A stretch of DNA of 64,000 nt, taken from the human T2T-CHM13v2.0 reference genome, Homo sapiens. This document shows, piece after piece, positions 11,786-25,128 of this stretch. The stretch lies in the NCBI RefSeq assembly GCF_009914755.1, contig NC_060935.1, one strand, 5' to 3'. Each line of letters opens with the position of its first letter. Position 1 is the first letter of the stretch. The notes under the pieces are model-generated. The model searched no databases. It was not told where the DNA came from and worked only from the letters and a program-made list of their open reading frames with translations. The position numbers and the translations under genes are program-made.

Positions 11786-12721
11786 ATGGGCAAGGAAAAC
11801 TGCACCACTGTGGCTGAGTTCATTCTCCTTGGACTATCAGATGTCCCTGAGTTGAGAGTCTGCCTCTTCCTGCTGTTCCTTCTCATCTATGGAGTCACGT
11901 TGTTAGCCAACCTGGGCATGATTGCACTGATTCAGGTCAGCTCTCGGCTCCACACCCCCATGTACTTTTTCCTCAGCCACTTGTCCTCTGTAGATTTCTG
12001 CTACTCCTCAATAATTGTGCCAAAAATGTTGGCTAATATCTTTAACAAGGACAAAGCCATCTCCTTCCTAGGGTGCATGGTGCAATTCTACTTGTTTTGC
12101 ACTTGTGTGGTCACTGAGGTCTTCCTGCTGGCCGTGATGGCCTATGACCGCTTTGTGGCCATCTGTAACCCTTTGCTATACACAGTCACCATGTCTTGGA
12201 AGGTGCGTGTGGAGCTGGCTTCTTGCTGCTACTTCTGTGGGACGGTGTGTTCTCTGATTCATTTGTGCTTAGCTCTTAGGATCCCCTTCTATAGATCTAA
12301 TGTGATTAACCACTTTTTCTGTGATCTACCTCCTGTCTTAAGTCTTGCTTGCTCTGATATCACTGTGAATGAGACACTGCTGTTCCTGGTGGCCACTTTG
12401 AATGAGAGTGTTACCATCATGATCATCCTCACCTCCTACCTGCTAATTCTCACCACCATCCTGAAGATGGGCTCTGCAGAGGGCAGGCACAAAGCCTTCT
12501 CCACCTGTGCTTCCCACCTCACAGCTATCACTGTCTTCCATGGAACAGTCCTTTCCATTTATTGCAGGCCCAGTTCAGGCAATAGTGGAGATGCTGACAA
12601 AGTGGCCACCGTGTTCTACACAGTCGTGATTCCTATGCTGAACTCTGTGATCTACAGCCTGAGAAATAAAGATGTGAAAGAAGCTCTCAGAAAAGTGATG
12701 GGCTCCAAAATTCACTCCTAG
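11786..12721 (+). CDS. OR5L1: Olfactory receptor family 5 subfamily L member 1 (311 aa, 7TM GPCR)
   Basis: Intact ORF with OR motifs [36 protein letters not shown] and YSLRNK, plus N-glycosylation site NCT. TM7 reads NSVIY. Symbol from recalled protein sequence and gene order. Confidence 0.93.
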   Translation: MGKENCTTVAEFILLGLSDVPELRVCLFLLFLLIYGVTLLANLGMIALIQVSSRLHTPMYFFLSHLSSVDFCYSSIIVPKMLANIFNKDKAISFLGCMVQFYLFCTCVVTEVFLLAVMAYDRFVAICNPLLYTVTMSWKVRVELASCCYFCGTVCSLIHLCLALRIPFYRSNVINHFFCDLPPVLSLACSDITVNETLLFLVATLNESVTIMIILTSYLLILTTILKMGSAEGRHKAFSTCASHLTAITVFHGTVLSIYCRPSSGNSGDADKVATVFYTVVIPMLNSVIYSLRNKDVKEALRKVMGSKIHS

Positions 12722-13849
12722 GGAAGATTTTATTAGCACAATTCAGGATTCCCAAGTAGTGGCAGGCGGGGGTTCACGGGAGAGGCACAGTGTTGGAGTA
12801 CAGAGAAGAAGGAGCTCAGTAGTTATAAGCGAGTCTTTTTTGATTCACTTATCTTTGTGCTTCTTAAACTTTAAGGAGTAGGATTGAACATATTTCAAAA
12901 TTTGCTGCCAACTTTTAAAAAATAAATACATAATGTTTAAATGGATATGAGCAATAGTATTATTAAGATAGACAAGTTTTGCTTTCTCTAAAACCATTAC
13001 AAGTCTTCTAATGAAGAACTTACAAGGGTTACAATTTATTTCAGGATCCATTATGGAAACTACGATTCTTTTCAAAACAAAGTTTTCATTATTTTGTATT
13101 GATGATTACATTGTCATTGAAGTTTGTAGAATTTCATATATATATGGATTATATGTATATATGGAATATATATGTGTGGAATACATATGGAATATTTATA
13201 TATTCCATATATATGTATAATGTGTATATATTTATCAGTTTTTGACATTTTAAAATTCTTTATTATTTTCTTGCTGTTGTTTTAGTTTCCAGTGTCATTG
13301 GAACTTTGGATAATATGTTATATGATAGATGAAAAACATAATAATTTCACAGGACTCTAGGAAAATTGAATTTAAAAAGCTGGAATCACTTACAAGGAGC
13401 TTAGAATAATCCCTGAAACATAATAAGTAGTTCTCTCTTTTTCTCTCTGTCTATGCTATATACATATATATTATATATACATAAACATGTGCATATAATA
13501 ATTTAGAATTATTATGAATCTCAGCATTTCTGAATTAACCATCTTCTCTCACTTTATCTTTACTTCTTATCTTCAAACTAACTCTAAAATCCATTGAGGA
13601 AGACATGCTTACTGACACTTATAAGAGGACTTTTAATCTCTGTTCATGTTCTTTTCATGTGTTTTTAGTTTTGCTGAACTCCCTTTTATTTCACTTTCCA
13701 TATGTACCCCAACCACATTTCTGAATTCTATATTGAATTATATGCACCATTGATGCTTTCTTTGTGACTTCATTATGATTTATGTCAATTTCCTCATTGT
13801 GTTTATTTGTTTGACAAGATTCAGAAAAATTTTATACTATGATACCGTG

Positions 13850-15300
13850 TGAAAGAATAAAGAAAGGTAAAACAAAAACTAATAGCAATAGGAAGAGGTG
13901 GAAGCAAACTTAATAAAGACAAGTACTTATTTAAGTGTTATTAAAACAAAGTTTGCCAGCAAATGAGAAAAGAATCACAGTTCGAAAATATGAAAAGATA
14001 AATAAAAATCCTTTAATCTTAATTTGAATTAGAAATTTACTTTGAAATGAGTTTTTCTCCTAATTACCACTAAAAGCCATAACAGAGTCACTGTGAACAT
14101 TCTTATTTCACAAATTTTCTCTGAAAAGAAACCTATTCCCTCTAAACAGAGCTAGGGCTTCTTGGAGAAATGGCTGTAAACATTTTTATTTTCCAAATTT
14201 TCTCTAAAAGGAAACCTTTTATCTCTAAACAGAACTAGGGCTTCTTGGAGAAATGGCTAATTTGAAGTCTAGGGTGGAAAATATGCAAGATGAGCCTTGG
14301 GCTGTTCGATGTTCCAGGAAGCTAGAATACTGTCAACAGTTAATCAGATTGTCTCTAAGACACATAGGAAGAGATTTGAAATTGCTGCCACTGGTTTATT
14401 GTTAGAAGATTTTAATGTAAAAATGAATATTGATGCAGCTGATTTAAAGGCCTCATGTATGTTTCTATCTAGATACTAAAAAAGAAAAAATATAAGAAAT
14501 CATTGATTACTACTAATGGTTGTCAGGGTACCAACTCATTACTCTGAAAATACGTTATTAAAAAATCAAACATTCATTCCAATTTTCCTATATGAATTAT
14601 ATTTCAGCATCACCTCAGAGGTGAAGTTCAAAAGAAATAAAAGCATCAAGAATGAAATCAGACAATCACAATTGTAGAACTCCACATTTAAAAAGTGGAT
14701 CAAGGTGACTTCAATGAACATAACAATCATTAGGAAAAAAGTTTGTGGGTAATTTTAAAACAAAGTAATTAGGTTGACACTACTTGAATCCAGAGATCAG
14801 AATGATCATCACTTAAAGTAGGACAACTAGTTGTCATCAACCAGTTATCATATGCTTCTCAATGGACTGCAACCAACAGTAGTCAGAAAAATCAATGAAG
14901 AATTTTTGCCTAAAAGACACTAAAAGAATGAACCTGAGCTAATAAGTCATCTTCATCTGAATATTAGTTTAAAAAATTGGTACAGAAATATATACAATGA
15001 CACAAAATGAAGCACTAAGCCAAATACAGAGAATGCTTCATTATTATTATTTTTCCCCCAAAATATTGCCTAACACACACACACACAGAGGCTGTCACAC
15101 AAAGAATGGTTATATAACAAAGTAAACTTTTATAACAACCATATTTATCTGAATCTTGATTCAAACTAACTGGAAAAAATATGCCTTTGAGACAATTGGG
15201 GTAATTTAAAAATGGATTGGGTATTTAATAATATTAAGAATATAATGATGATTTTGTTAGGTGCAGTTTTGGCATGAGTGTTTGGTTCAAACATTAAAGA
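13850..15300 (+). mobile_element. Ancient L1M (L1MC-like) 3' region containing a ~73-bp direct duplication (14103-14175 / 14186-14258)
   Basis: ctagggcttcttggagaaatggct occurs twice. Also has the L1M 3' end motif ttttgagacaattgggg...tggattgggtattt. Confidence 0.6.
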
Positions 15301-15317
15301 CTCTCCAATCAAAAAGT

Positions 15318-15458
15318 GATAAACTACCTATCAGGTATTATGCTTATTACCCAGGTGATGAAGTAATCTGTACAGCAAATCCCTGTGACAACAATTTACC
15401 TATATAACAAACATGCACATGTACCCCTGAATCTAAAACAAAAGTTAAAAAATGAAAA
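15318..15458 (+). mobile_element. Short L1 3' end fragment (L1PA16/L1PB-like)
   Basis: ggtgatgaagtaatctgtaca...catgtacccctgaatctaaaa, with a degenerate TSD ctct(c)(c)aatca(a/g)aagt. Confidence 0.75.
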
Positions 15459-15554
15459 TACTCTAATCAGAAGTCGATAGTTTGGCCTGCATTGTACTTC
15501 AGCATCGCCATGCCCTGGAGGAACTGAAGGGAGCAGGGAATCAAGTGGGATCTA

Positions 15555-16786
<1,232 letters not shown>

Positions 16787-17139
16787 ACTGAGTAATTAAG
16801 AGAACAGAGATTTAACAGGGACTATAATATTTATCCAATTGAGTGTTTACTTCGTAATATTTCTGCTTTAACCCAAATGAGTCAAGATGACCGGAAAGCT
16901 AGATCTTCCTATTTTTTAATATGGTCAGAGCGTGTGGTGTGGAGGAAGAGGATTATGTCCAGCAAATAGTAGTTAGTGGATCAGTATCTGATACCAATGA
17001 TCTTAAAATTACACATGTTCTTATAATTGGAGAAATATATGGAAGTGATAAGAGGGCTGAGGAAAATGACTTTAAAATATGAAAGTTTTATATGAAGTGC
17101 TCCTGATGTTTTAATTTTTTTTCTGCAAGTTTCTAGTAT

Positions 17140-17325
17140 ATTAGAATTACATGAGATAATGGTGATTAATTTTAATTTTTTTTGTGTGTGTGTGAGCTCA
17201 GGAGACTGGGGCAATAGGTAGTCTCTATGGTTCATGTCTCCTAGGCGTAACTATAGATATAAGAAAACATGTATCACTCTCAGCCTGGAAACGTCCTCCC
17301 TTTGCCATCAGCAGGTTTGCTTTAA
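17140..17325 (+). promoter_or_regulatory. Putative OR5D18 promoter / first non-coding exon
   Basis: Block conserved in three copies. Has TAAT sites, CTCAGGAGA, GATATAAG and donor-like CAG|GTTTGC (GT 17315-17316). Confidence 0.5.
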
Positions 17326-17934
17326 GATTCTAAAGACAGATTGATATTCATTTCAACCTACTTAACAACTTAGGAGGAGGAAAATGCACCCTTAGGATTA
17401 AGCAGTTCTTGAAAATATGTGTGAATGTGCAAAGAACAGGAAGTGCTCTCTTTCTGCGAAGCTTTGTATCAGAAGGCCTGACTCCTGAACAATAGTCTTA
17501 TGAAAACAGGTACCTGGGATGGGGAAATAGAAGAGCTTTGAGAATATTAGGAGTGTGTATTGCCTTGCTTCTGTTAAGTTTTGGAGAAAAAGTCAAGGTA
17601 GAATAGGCAATATTGAAGTAAATTGAATTAAACAGAGAGATAATAGACTCTCTAGTGAAAAAAATAAAAGGCGCCAGCTTTAATTAAGATTATATAACAG
17701 GAAACACATGTCAGCCCTAAAAGCAAAAATAACAACTAAATTCAAAAGGAGATAAACTATAGGAAAGAAGATTTCATCTGTCATATTTCGGGGATTCAAA
17801 TATTTAAAGCATTATTACCTATTTTATAGTTACGTTTTGGACACAAAGGCCATTATGTAAAATGTAACATTAGTTTAAAATAAAATTTAAATGCCTTAGA
17901 TAAATAAAATGCAGTGTTAAGAAAAAAATGTGCT

Positions 17935-18120
17935 GTCCAGGCATTTTGGCTCATGCCTGTAATCTCAGCTACTCAGGAGGCTGAGGCAGGAGAATCTCTT
18001 GAACCCAGGAGGCGGGAGGCGGAGGTTACAGTGAGCCATAATCACGCCACTGCACTCCAGTCTGGGCGACAGAGCAAGATTCTGTCTCCAAAAAAAAAAA
18101 AGGAAAGAAAGAAAGAGAAA
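17935..18120 (+). mobile_element. Monomeric Alu (left-arm start fused to right arm)
   Basis: ggctcatgcctgtaatctcagc runs directly into tactcaggaggctgaggcaggagaat. TSD agaaaaa(a)at(g/a)tgct. Empty site in copy A at ~3230-3245. Confidence 0.85.
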
Positions 18121-18180
18121 AGAAAAAATATGCTAATTAGGATATCTGGGTTTGTGATGGATTGTCTTTTGAGGTTGTCT

Positions 18181-18487
18181 ATTTTTTTTTGAGACGGAGT
18201 CTCGCTCTGTCGCCCAGGCTGGAGTGCAGTGGCGCGGGGTCTCTGCTTACTGGAAGCTCCGCCTCCTGGGTTCACTGGGTTCACGCCATTCTCCTGCCTC
18301 AGCCTCCTGAGTAGCTGGGACTACAGGCGCCTGCCACTACGCCCGGGTAATTTTTTGTATTTTTTTTTTAGTAGAGACGGGGTTTCACCGTGTTAGCCAG
18401 GATGGTCTCAATCTCTTGACCTCGTGATCCACCCGCCTCTGTCTCCCAAAGTGCTGGGATTACAGTCGTGAGCCACCGCGCCCGGCC
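18181..18487 (-). mobile_element. AluY
   Basis: Diagnostics cacgccattctcc and ccgtgttagccaggatgg. TSD ttgaggttgtct at 18169-18180 and 18488-18499. Internal ctgggttca duplication. Empty site in copy A at ~3275-3290. Confidence 0.92.
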
Positions 18488-19927
18488 TTGAGGTTGTCTT
18501 TAATACACAAATTCATGAGTATAGGAAGAGAGGGCCCTTGAATATGTTGGTCTTGCATGTAAATTAACATCTTTCTTGATAGGCCGTCTAAAAATTTGGG
18601 TGGGTTATGTGAATAGATATAATGTCTATTATGATAGAGAAAGAGATTACAGATATGATAGCATCTGAGAGGTGTTGGACACTAATTAGAGCAATATAAT
18701 GATTCTTTCCTATTATTGTTTTCTGTTTTCTCATGAAATGTATTCATGTTGCTGTACTATCTCAAGTTTTTAGTTCTTCTCCTTCATAGGTAATAGATGG
18801 ACACAATGAATATATAATGTGTCTTGAAGGGAGAGAAAAGAAATAGACATGGAGACAGGGATAGACAGAGAGGACCTAGAAGAAAAGGGAAGTTTGCAAG
18901 TCAGACTCTTACACTAGTTATTTCTGGGTAAAAAGATTTTCCTCAATCCCATTCTCATGTGTTTTATCTTGATGCTGCTTTCTAATATATCTTTGTGGCA
19001 GTAACTGTCACTGGACTATGTAGATTCTCTAGTCTGCTTATTAATTGAAAGTATGGTTATTAATGAAGGGAATGTGTTAGTATCTCGACCTAGATAATGG
19101 AGCAGAGTTTGGTGCGGGTAAAGGGTTACATGTCTAGGAGTTCAAGGATCAAAACTCTAGTCACAGATGTGTAGATTGGCCTTCCTGGGCATATCGATAG
19201 GAAATTCAAAGCTTCTCTGGCTTCTACTTTGTCACCTATAGAATAAAGAATAAACAAGGGTATCTGTATTGACTATTCGATATTTATTATTTCTCAAGCA
19301 ATGAGGAAGGATTGATAATTAGTACAGCCTGATTTTGGAGCATACGCTCTGAAACAATTAGTTCAGCTGTATTTTGAAGTCAAATTTTCTGGGTCAGACA
19401 AACATTAAACTGCTATATGGAATTAACAATAAAGGCACAAATGTTAAGCGTTAGGGCTCTTGATAGTTAATGTCATCGTATAAACAAATTATGTGAAAAC
19501 TAATTTATGAAATTTTGATTTGTATAACTGATTATAAGATTTACACAATCAGTCATCATATTATACGAGGAAGATCATTTATGTAGAATGCTTAAGGAGG
19601 CCTGAAATTATTATGTAAATTTTTAATTTAAAATAATCACAAATATTTAATCTCATTTTCCTATATTTGGAAATATTAAAAATTACAGTTACTAACTTAC
19701 TCTTTTACTCAATAATTGTATTTTTCTTAAGAAATTAAAAAACATTACAGTGTTTTTACATGTTAGATATTTAAGAAATCTTAAACAACAAACTCATAGA
19801 TTCCGGAAGAGATATTTGCTTCATCCTTCAGGAGCCGTAAAGGTATTCAATCACCCTTCTTATTTTCTCATTCTCCTTAACATTTTTGTTTTCAGAACTA
19901 ACTTTCAGATTCGAAGAAACAGAAGCG

Positions 19928-20869
19928 ATGCTGCTGACAGATAGAAATACAAGTGGGACCACGTTCACCCTCTTGGGCTTCTCAGATTACCCAGAACTGC
20001 AAGTCCCACTCTTCCTGGTTTTTCTGGCCATCTACAATGTCACTGTGCTAGGGAATATTGGGTTGATTGTGATCATCAAAATCAACCCCAAACTGCATAC
20101 CCCCATGTACTTTTTCCTCAGCCAACTCTCCTTTGTGGATTTCTGCTATTCCTCCATCATTGCTCCCAAGATGTTGGTGAACCTTGTTGTCAAAGACAGA
20201 ACCATTTCATTTTTAGGATGCGTAGTACAATTCTTTTTCTTCTGTACCTTTGTGGTCACTGAATCCTTTTTATTAGCTGTGATGGCCTATGACCGCTTCG
20301 TGGCCATTTGCAACCCTCTGCTCTACACAGTTGACATGTCCCAGAAACTCTGCGTGCTGCTGGTTGTGGGATCCTATGCCTGGGGAGTCTCATGTTCCTT
20401 GGAACTGACGTGCTCTGCTTTAAAGTTATGTTTTCATGGTTTCAACACAATCAATCACTTCTTCTGTGAGTTCTCCTCACTACTCTCCCTTTCTTGCTCT
20501 GATACTTACATCAACCAGTGGCTGCTATTCTTTCTTGCCACCTTTAATGAAATCAGCACACTACTCATCGTTCTCACATCTTATGCGTTCATTGTTGTAA
20601 CCATCCTCAAGATGCGTTCAGTCAGTGGGCGCCGCAAAGCCTTCTCCACCTGTGCCTCCCACCTGACTGCCATCACCATCTTCCATGGCACCATCCTCTT
20701 CCTTTACTGTGTGCCCAACTCCAAAAACTCCAGGCACACAGTCAAAGTGGCCTCTGTGTTTTACACCGTGGTGATCCCCATGTTGAATCCCCTGATCTAC
20801 AGTCTGAGAAATAAAGATGTCAAGGATACAGTCACCGAGATACTGGACACCAAAGTCTTCTCTTACTGA
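19928..20869 (+). CDS. OR5D18: Olfactory receptor family 5 subfamily D member 18 (313 aa); true start ATG at 19928, not the non-ATG start at 19886 in the ORF track
   Basis: [10 protein letters not shown] start; motifs [44 protein letters not shown]. Polypyrimidine tract and AG acceptor at 19894-19895 lie upstream. Confidence 0.92.
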   Translation: MLLTDRNTSGTTFTLLGFSDYPELQVPLFLVFLAIYNVTVLGNIGLIVIIKINPKLHTPMYFFLSQLSFVDFCYSSIIAPKMLVNLVVKDRTISFLGCVVQFFFFCTFVVTESFLLAVMAYDRFVAICNPLLYTVDMSQKLCVLLVVGSYAWGVSCSLELTCSALKLCFHGFNTINHFFCEFSSLLSLSCSDTYINQWLLFFLATFNEISTLLIVLTSYAFIVVTILKMRSVSGRRKAFSTCASHLTAITIFHGTILFLYCVPNSKNSRHTVKVASVFYTVVIPMLNPLIYSLRNKDVKDTVTEILDTKVFSY

Positions 20870-21586
20870 GCCTGTTACTTTCATGGAGTTTGTCACACAT
20901 ATAAATAAATTCTGTCCATAAATATTGATCTTAAAGATATCTTTACAAATAAACAAAGTTAGGGTTGTACAACTCAACGAAATGGATTTTCTTTTCAACA
21001 GACTAAACTTAGCTCTGTCTCTTACTTTCTGGGAAGCATCAGTAATCCCTCTAATCTTTAATATTTCATTTATGAAATTAGTATAGCATGGGTTAGATCA
21101 TAGTCTGATTGTGAAGATTAAAATATAATGGACACCTTACGTAAGTCAATGGATATTAATTTCATGTCCTTTCCTTATAAGATACCGGGAATAGACTAAG
21201 TGCTTAGGAAACATATGAATTTCTTTTATAAATGTGCAAAATAAGTTAAAAGAAGAAATAGTCCTCATCTTCAAGGATGAAAACTGTGTTGATAATAGGA
21301 CAATGAAGAAGTGGCCATTGTGTAAGGCAGAAATTAATATGTACCAAAGAGAGTTTGAGAGAAGAGAAAGTTCAAATCTACTTAGGGATTTTAGAAGGAT
21401 GTCTTAATGAAATAGGTATTGTTTGAAACCGGCTTTTGAAAAGGAAATGGGCGGAGTTTATGAGATACATTCCAGGGAGAAAGGAGTTTTCTTCTGGAGA
21501 AAACAATGTGAATAAAACCAATTAGGTAAGAATGTAATACCTAGTCAAAGATCTAATACTTGTTTTATTGAGCTAACATAATATAA

Positions 21587-21617
21587 TGTGTGTTTGTGTG
21601 TGTGTGTGTGTGTGTGT
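21587..21617. repeat. (TG)n microsatellite
   Basis: Direct reading. Confidence 0.93.
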
Positions 21618-22629
21618 TTATGTATACGGGTTACTTGACATGAACTGAAATTTTAATATGATATGGGCTACATCCTGAATGTGTTTTCAAAGGAGCTCCA
21701 GTGTGACCATCTGATAAACCATAATAGACTTCACCAGATGCTGATGAATAATGGATCAGATCTTAGAAAATCCTATGTACCAAATTAGGGATGATGAACA
21801 CCTGCCCAACCTGTATGTCATACTGTTAGACATCACAAACTTTATCAATCCATTATGATTTTTTTTATGAGCATGGAAATAATCTCTGAATCCTTCTCAA
21901 CAGAATTCCCAACAACCTTTATAAAAAGGTATTTGGAGTAGTCTTAAGTGTTGAAAGCTCTTTGGCTACATAAACTTATTCAAAATAAATAAAAATCAGG
22001 TAATCATTAATATCAAGACCTCTTTAACACAGCAAATTAAAAATGCTAGCTCTTTCTTACCTTAATAACTCACTTTCATTCGAATAAATTGTATACCCTT
22101 CTCCTTTTCAATGTGTCTAGATACAGTTCCAAACAAATCATCGATATAGTGGAAGAAGTAAATTTCCAGGTGTTTTGTTAAGGGAGAAAAAATAAACTGG
22201 GGAACAATTTTATATAAACTTCTTAAATTTATTTAGAATGTTCATATTATTTTGACCTTATGATGATTATTAAAGTTATGATAATTATTAAAGTGATTCA
22301 TCTTACATATATTATTTGATAAAGAATCCACTAAATAATCCTTGTAATAGAAAAATTTTTCAAAATGTAAGGAACAGTGTTTTAGATATTAAATGCCTGA
22401 GGAGGGAATACTTTTTCTCTTGATATCTGTATCTCCAGGTATTCAAACATTTATTCTTTGTACACATCTGGTACTTATACAATTTTTAATTTTCTCAGAA
22501 GTTGGGACATTGTTTTAATATTAAATCGAATACTGAATTTCACCATCTTTTGAAATCCTGAAAAGCTGCCATGGGAACAAGCATAAAATAGGATATTTGA
22601 TAATGAGGAAAATTAGCCCATATCCCCAT

Positions 22630-22858
22630 CACAAGGGCTTTTCTCTGGCAACCTACCAGACTTGAGTGTGAAGCCCTGTGAGATGATCTGACCTGCCAGC
22701 TGACAGTATACACACAAGCAAGACAAGCCAAGATCAGCCATGCCAGGGACATGTGAGCAGAACCACCTGGATGATCCATGCAATAGAGTCACAGGCAATA
22801 AGAGGTTGTTGTGTTTAGCCAATAGGTTTTGGAGTGGTTTGTTATACAGTCATTAGAG
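22630..22858 (+). mobile_element. MLT1 (MaLR) LTR fragment
   Basis: The 3' end aataa...ttgttgtgtttagcc...ttttggagtggtttgttatacag is typical of MLT1. Confidence 0.65.
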
Positions 22859-23472
22859 TCATTCACTTTCTCAAATTCTGGGAATGCTACCAAAAAAACT
22901 TCACGATGTTTTATTATGTAATAATTCACCATCTTCTATTATTCCACATTGAGGAAACATTTTAAAATAATAAAATGTGTTAAATTTTAAATTATTGATT
23001 TTATTAATACTTGCTAATACAATATTTTATTCAGATAGCATCTTATGTGGTTTAAGTACATGTCATCAAAAGCTTAGTGCTTCACATTTGTATTATTCAA
23101 TTTATGAATAGTGACCATGAAATTAATTACAACTGTTTTAAATTTAAATCAAGTTTTCAAAACAACTCCCATCCCTTTAAGCCTAAGACAAATAAGGTAT
23201 GCAGCTTTCTTGTGAGCCTATACAACATAAGGCACCACTGGTAATGATGTTCTCTATAGAACTTTCAGCTTTTCTATCATGACTCTCATCTTCAAGAGAG
23301 ATGAGTTTGTGAAAATACTTTGGCAGTACACTAAAAATAAAGTGAATAGGTAGTAAACAAATGTTTTCAACATTTTACTATATATCTGAGTATGTATATA
23401 GTACATATCTGAGTACATATACATAATGTATACATTATGTATAAACTCATACACAATAGCCAGTAGGTAAAG

Positions 23473-23510
23473 GATATATATATACACACACATATATGTG
23501 TGTGTGTGTA

Positions 23511-23589
<79 letters not shown>

Positions 23590-23863
23590 TCTCTCTTTGT
23601 TACCCAGGATGGAGTGCAGTGGCGCAAACACAGCTTGCAGTCCGGATCTCCTGGGCTTAAGTGATCCTCCCATCTCAGACTCCCAGGTAGCTGGGAATAT
23701 AGGTGCACGCCACCCAGCTCGGCTAAATTTTGTATTTTTTTGTAGAGATAAGGTTCTTCCATTATGCCCAAGGTGGTCTGTAACCCCCGAGATCGAGAGA
23801 TCTGGTCACCATGCACCCCTCCCAACGTGCTCAGATCAGGGGCATTAATCACCACACCTGGGC
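23473..23863 (-). mobile_element. AluJ-like element (paralogue of 7838-8134) with a compound (TG)/(TA)n(GA)n microsatellite at the tail
   Basis: Alu body at ~23584-23863 and microsatellite at 23473-23586. Confidence 0.88.
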
Positions 23864-25071
23864 AAGGTTCTATTGGCTATAGTACATGTCAACTGCGATT
23901 CTTTTCAATGAAAAGATTTACAAACACCATAGAAAAACAAGTCATATCATGGATTTGAAGTGTTTCGATTAAAGACAACTTCAACCCTCATGAATAACAT
24001 TTCAAGTTTAGGCTTTGGATGTTTGCTTTTCTTTTTCTCATCGGAGTGATTCACATGGTAAGTATGAATGGATTAGAGAAATCCCATGCTTTTTTAAAGA
24101 GCGAGAGAAAAGCTGTTGTGAGAATGCTAGTTACAAAAGGAAACCCAGAAAGCCTCCTACAATGCAGATAATTCTCGGATCACTTTTGGAAAACACATAT
24201 AGATTATAACTGCTTATATCAATGGAATTATTGAAATGTTTGGTTTCTCTTGGGGCACACAGACTGTGCTTTGAACACTGCTCATTCAGGTTGACATTGC
24301 TGTATTAGTCAAGAAGGAAGCAGAACTTGGGGAGATCCTTGAGATATTCCCATTTAATGGCCACTAGCATTGAATAGGGAGTCTGCACCCCCGGTACCAC
24401 TCTGGAGCTCTGCTCTTCCTTATGGTTGCACAGATGGCACAAGCCAAAAAGCCACACTTGACCTGTCTCTATCAGGGATTCTATGTGTGACTGTGGGTGA
24501 GTTACACCTGCTGTGCCTCTATAACCTTATTTTGAAAGGGGAAATAACAGTACTAATGTCAACCAGTTTTATGAAGATAAAATGTGTTCATAATTGTATT
24601 TAGAATAGTATCTGGTACATGAGCAGTACTCAGTAAATTATTAGTATTAGTATCAGCAATTATTAGTATTCTTAGTAAAAGGGACTCCTTATCCCCACCC
24701 CTTTCTGGTATTTGGAGGATCTCTGGTGTGGTTTCAGACTCTATGCCCTTTAGGTAGGAGCTTTTGAGTGTGAAACAAATTTTATAATGCCTATTTATAT
24801 AATTTCATAACATGAAATGGCAATGTGAGTACTGGCTCACAGAGGCAATGCTTGAATGTGGCATACAATGTTATGCAATTTACATGAAGTCTGAATGTAA
24901 TTGTGTTACATTATAATAATATGTACCAAGTTGGATTTTTTCTCACCCTGTTTATATTCCATAGTGGTCAATAATTGTTGGAGTCCCAGGATAGGATGGT
25001 TTCCTTGATACCCATTTGATATCCCACAGAGATCAGTGATTGTTTTGGGAAGCTTATGAAACATGGGCCCC

Positions 25072-25075
<4 letters not shown>

Positions 25076-25123
<48 letters not shown>
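25076..25123. repeat. (CA)n microsatellite (shorter interrupted paralogue at 9336-9365)
   Basis: Direct reading. Confidence 0.96.

Positions 25124-25128
<5 letters not shown>

Noticed and set aside
19886-19927. 14-aa N-terminal extension of OR5D18 in the ORF track
   Set aside because: It begins at a non-ATG codon inside the polypyrimidine tract. The first ATG is at 19928.
20618-20998. Similar antisense ORFs over OR5D18 and OR5D16 (39754-40044)
   Set aside because: The similarity is a by-product of the conversion tract on the sense strand. There is no independent coding evidence.
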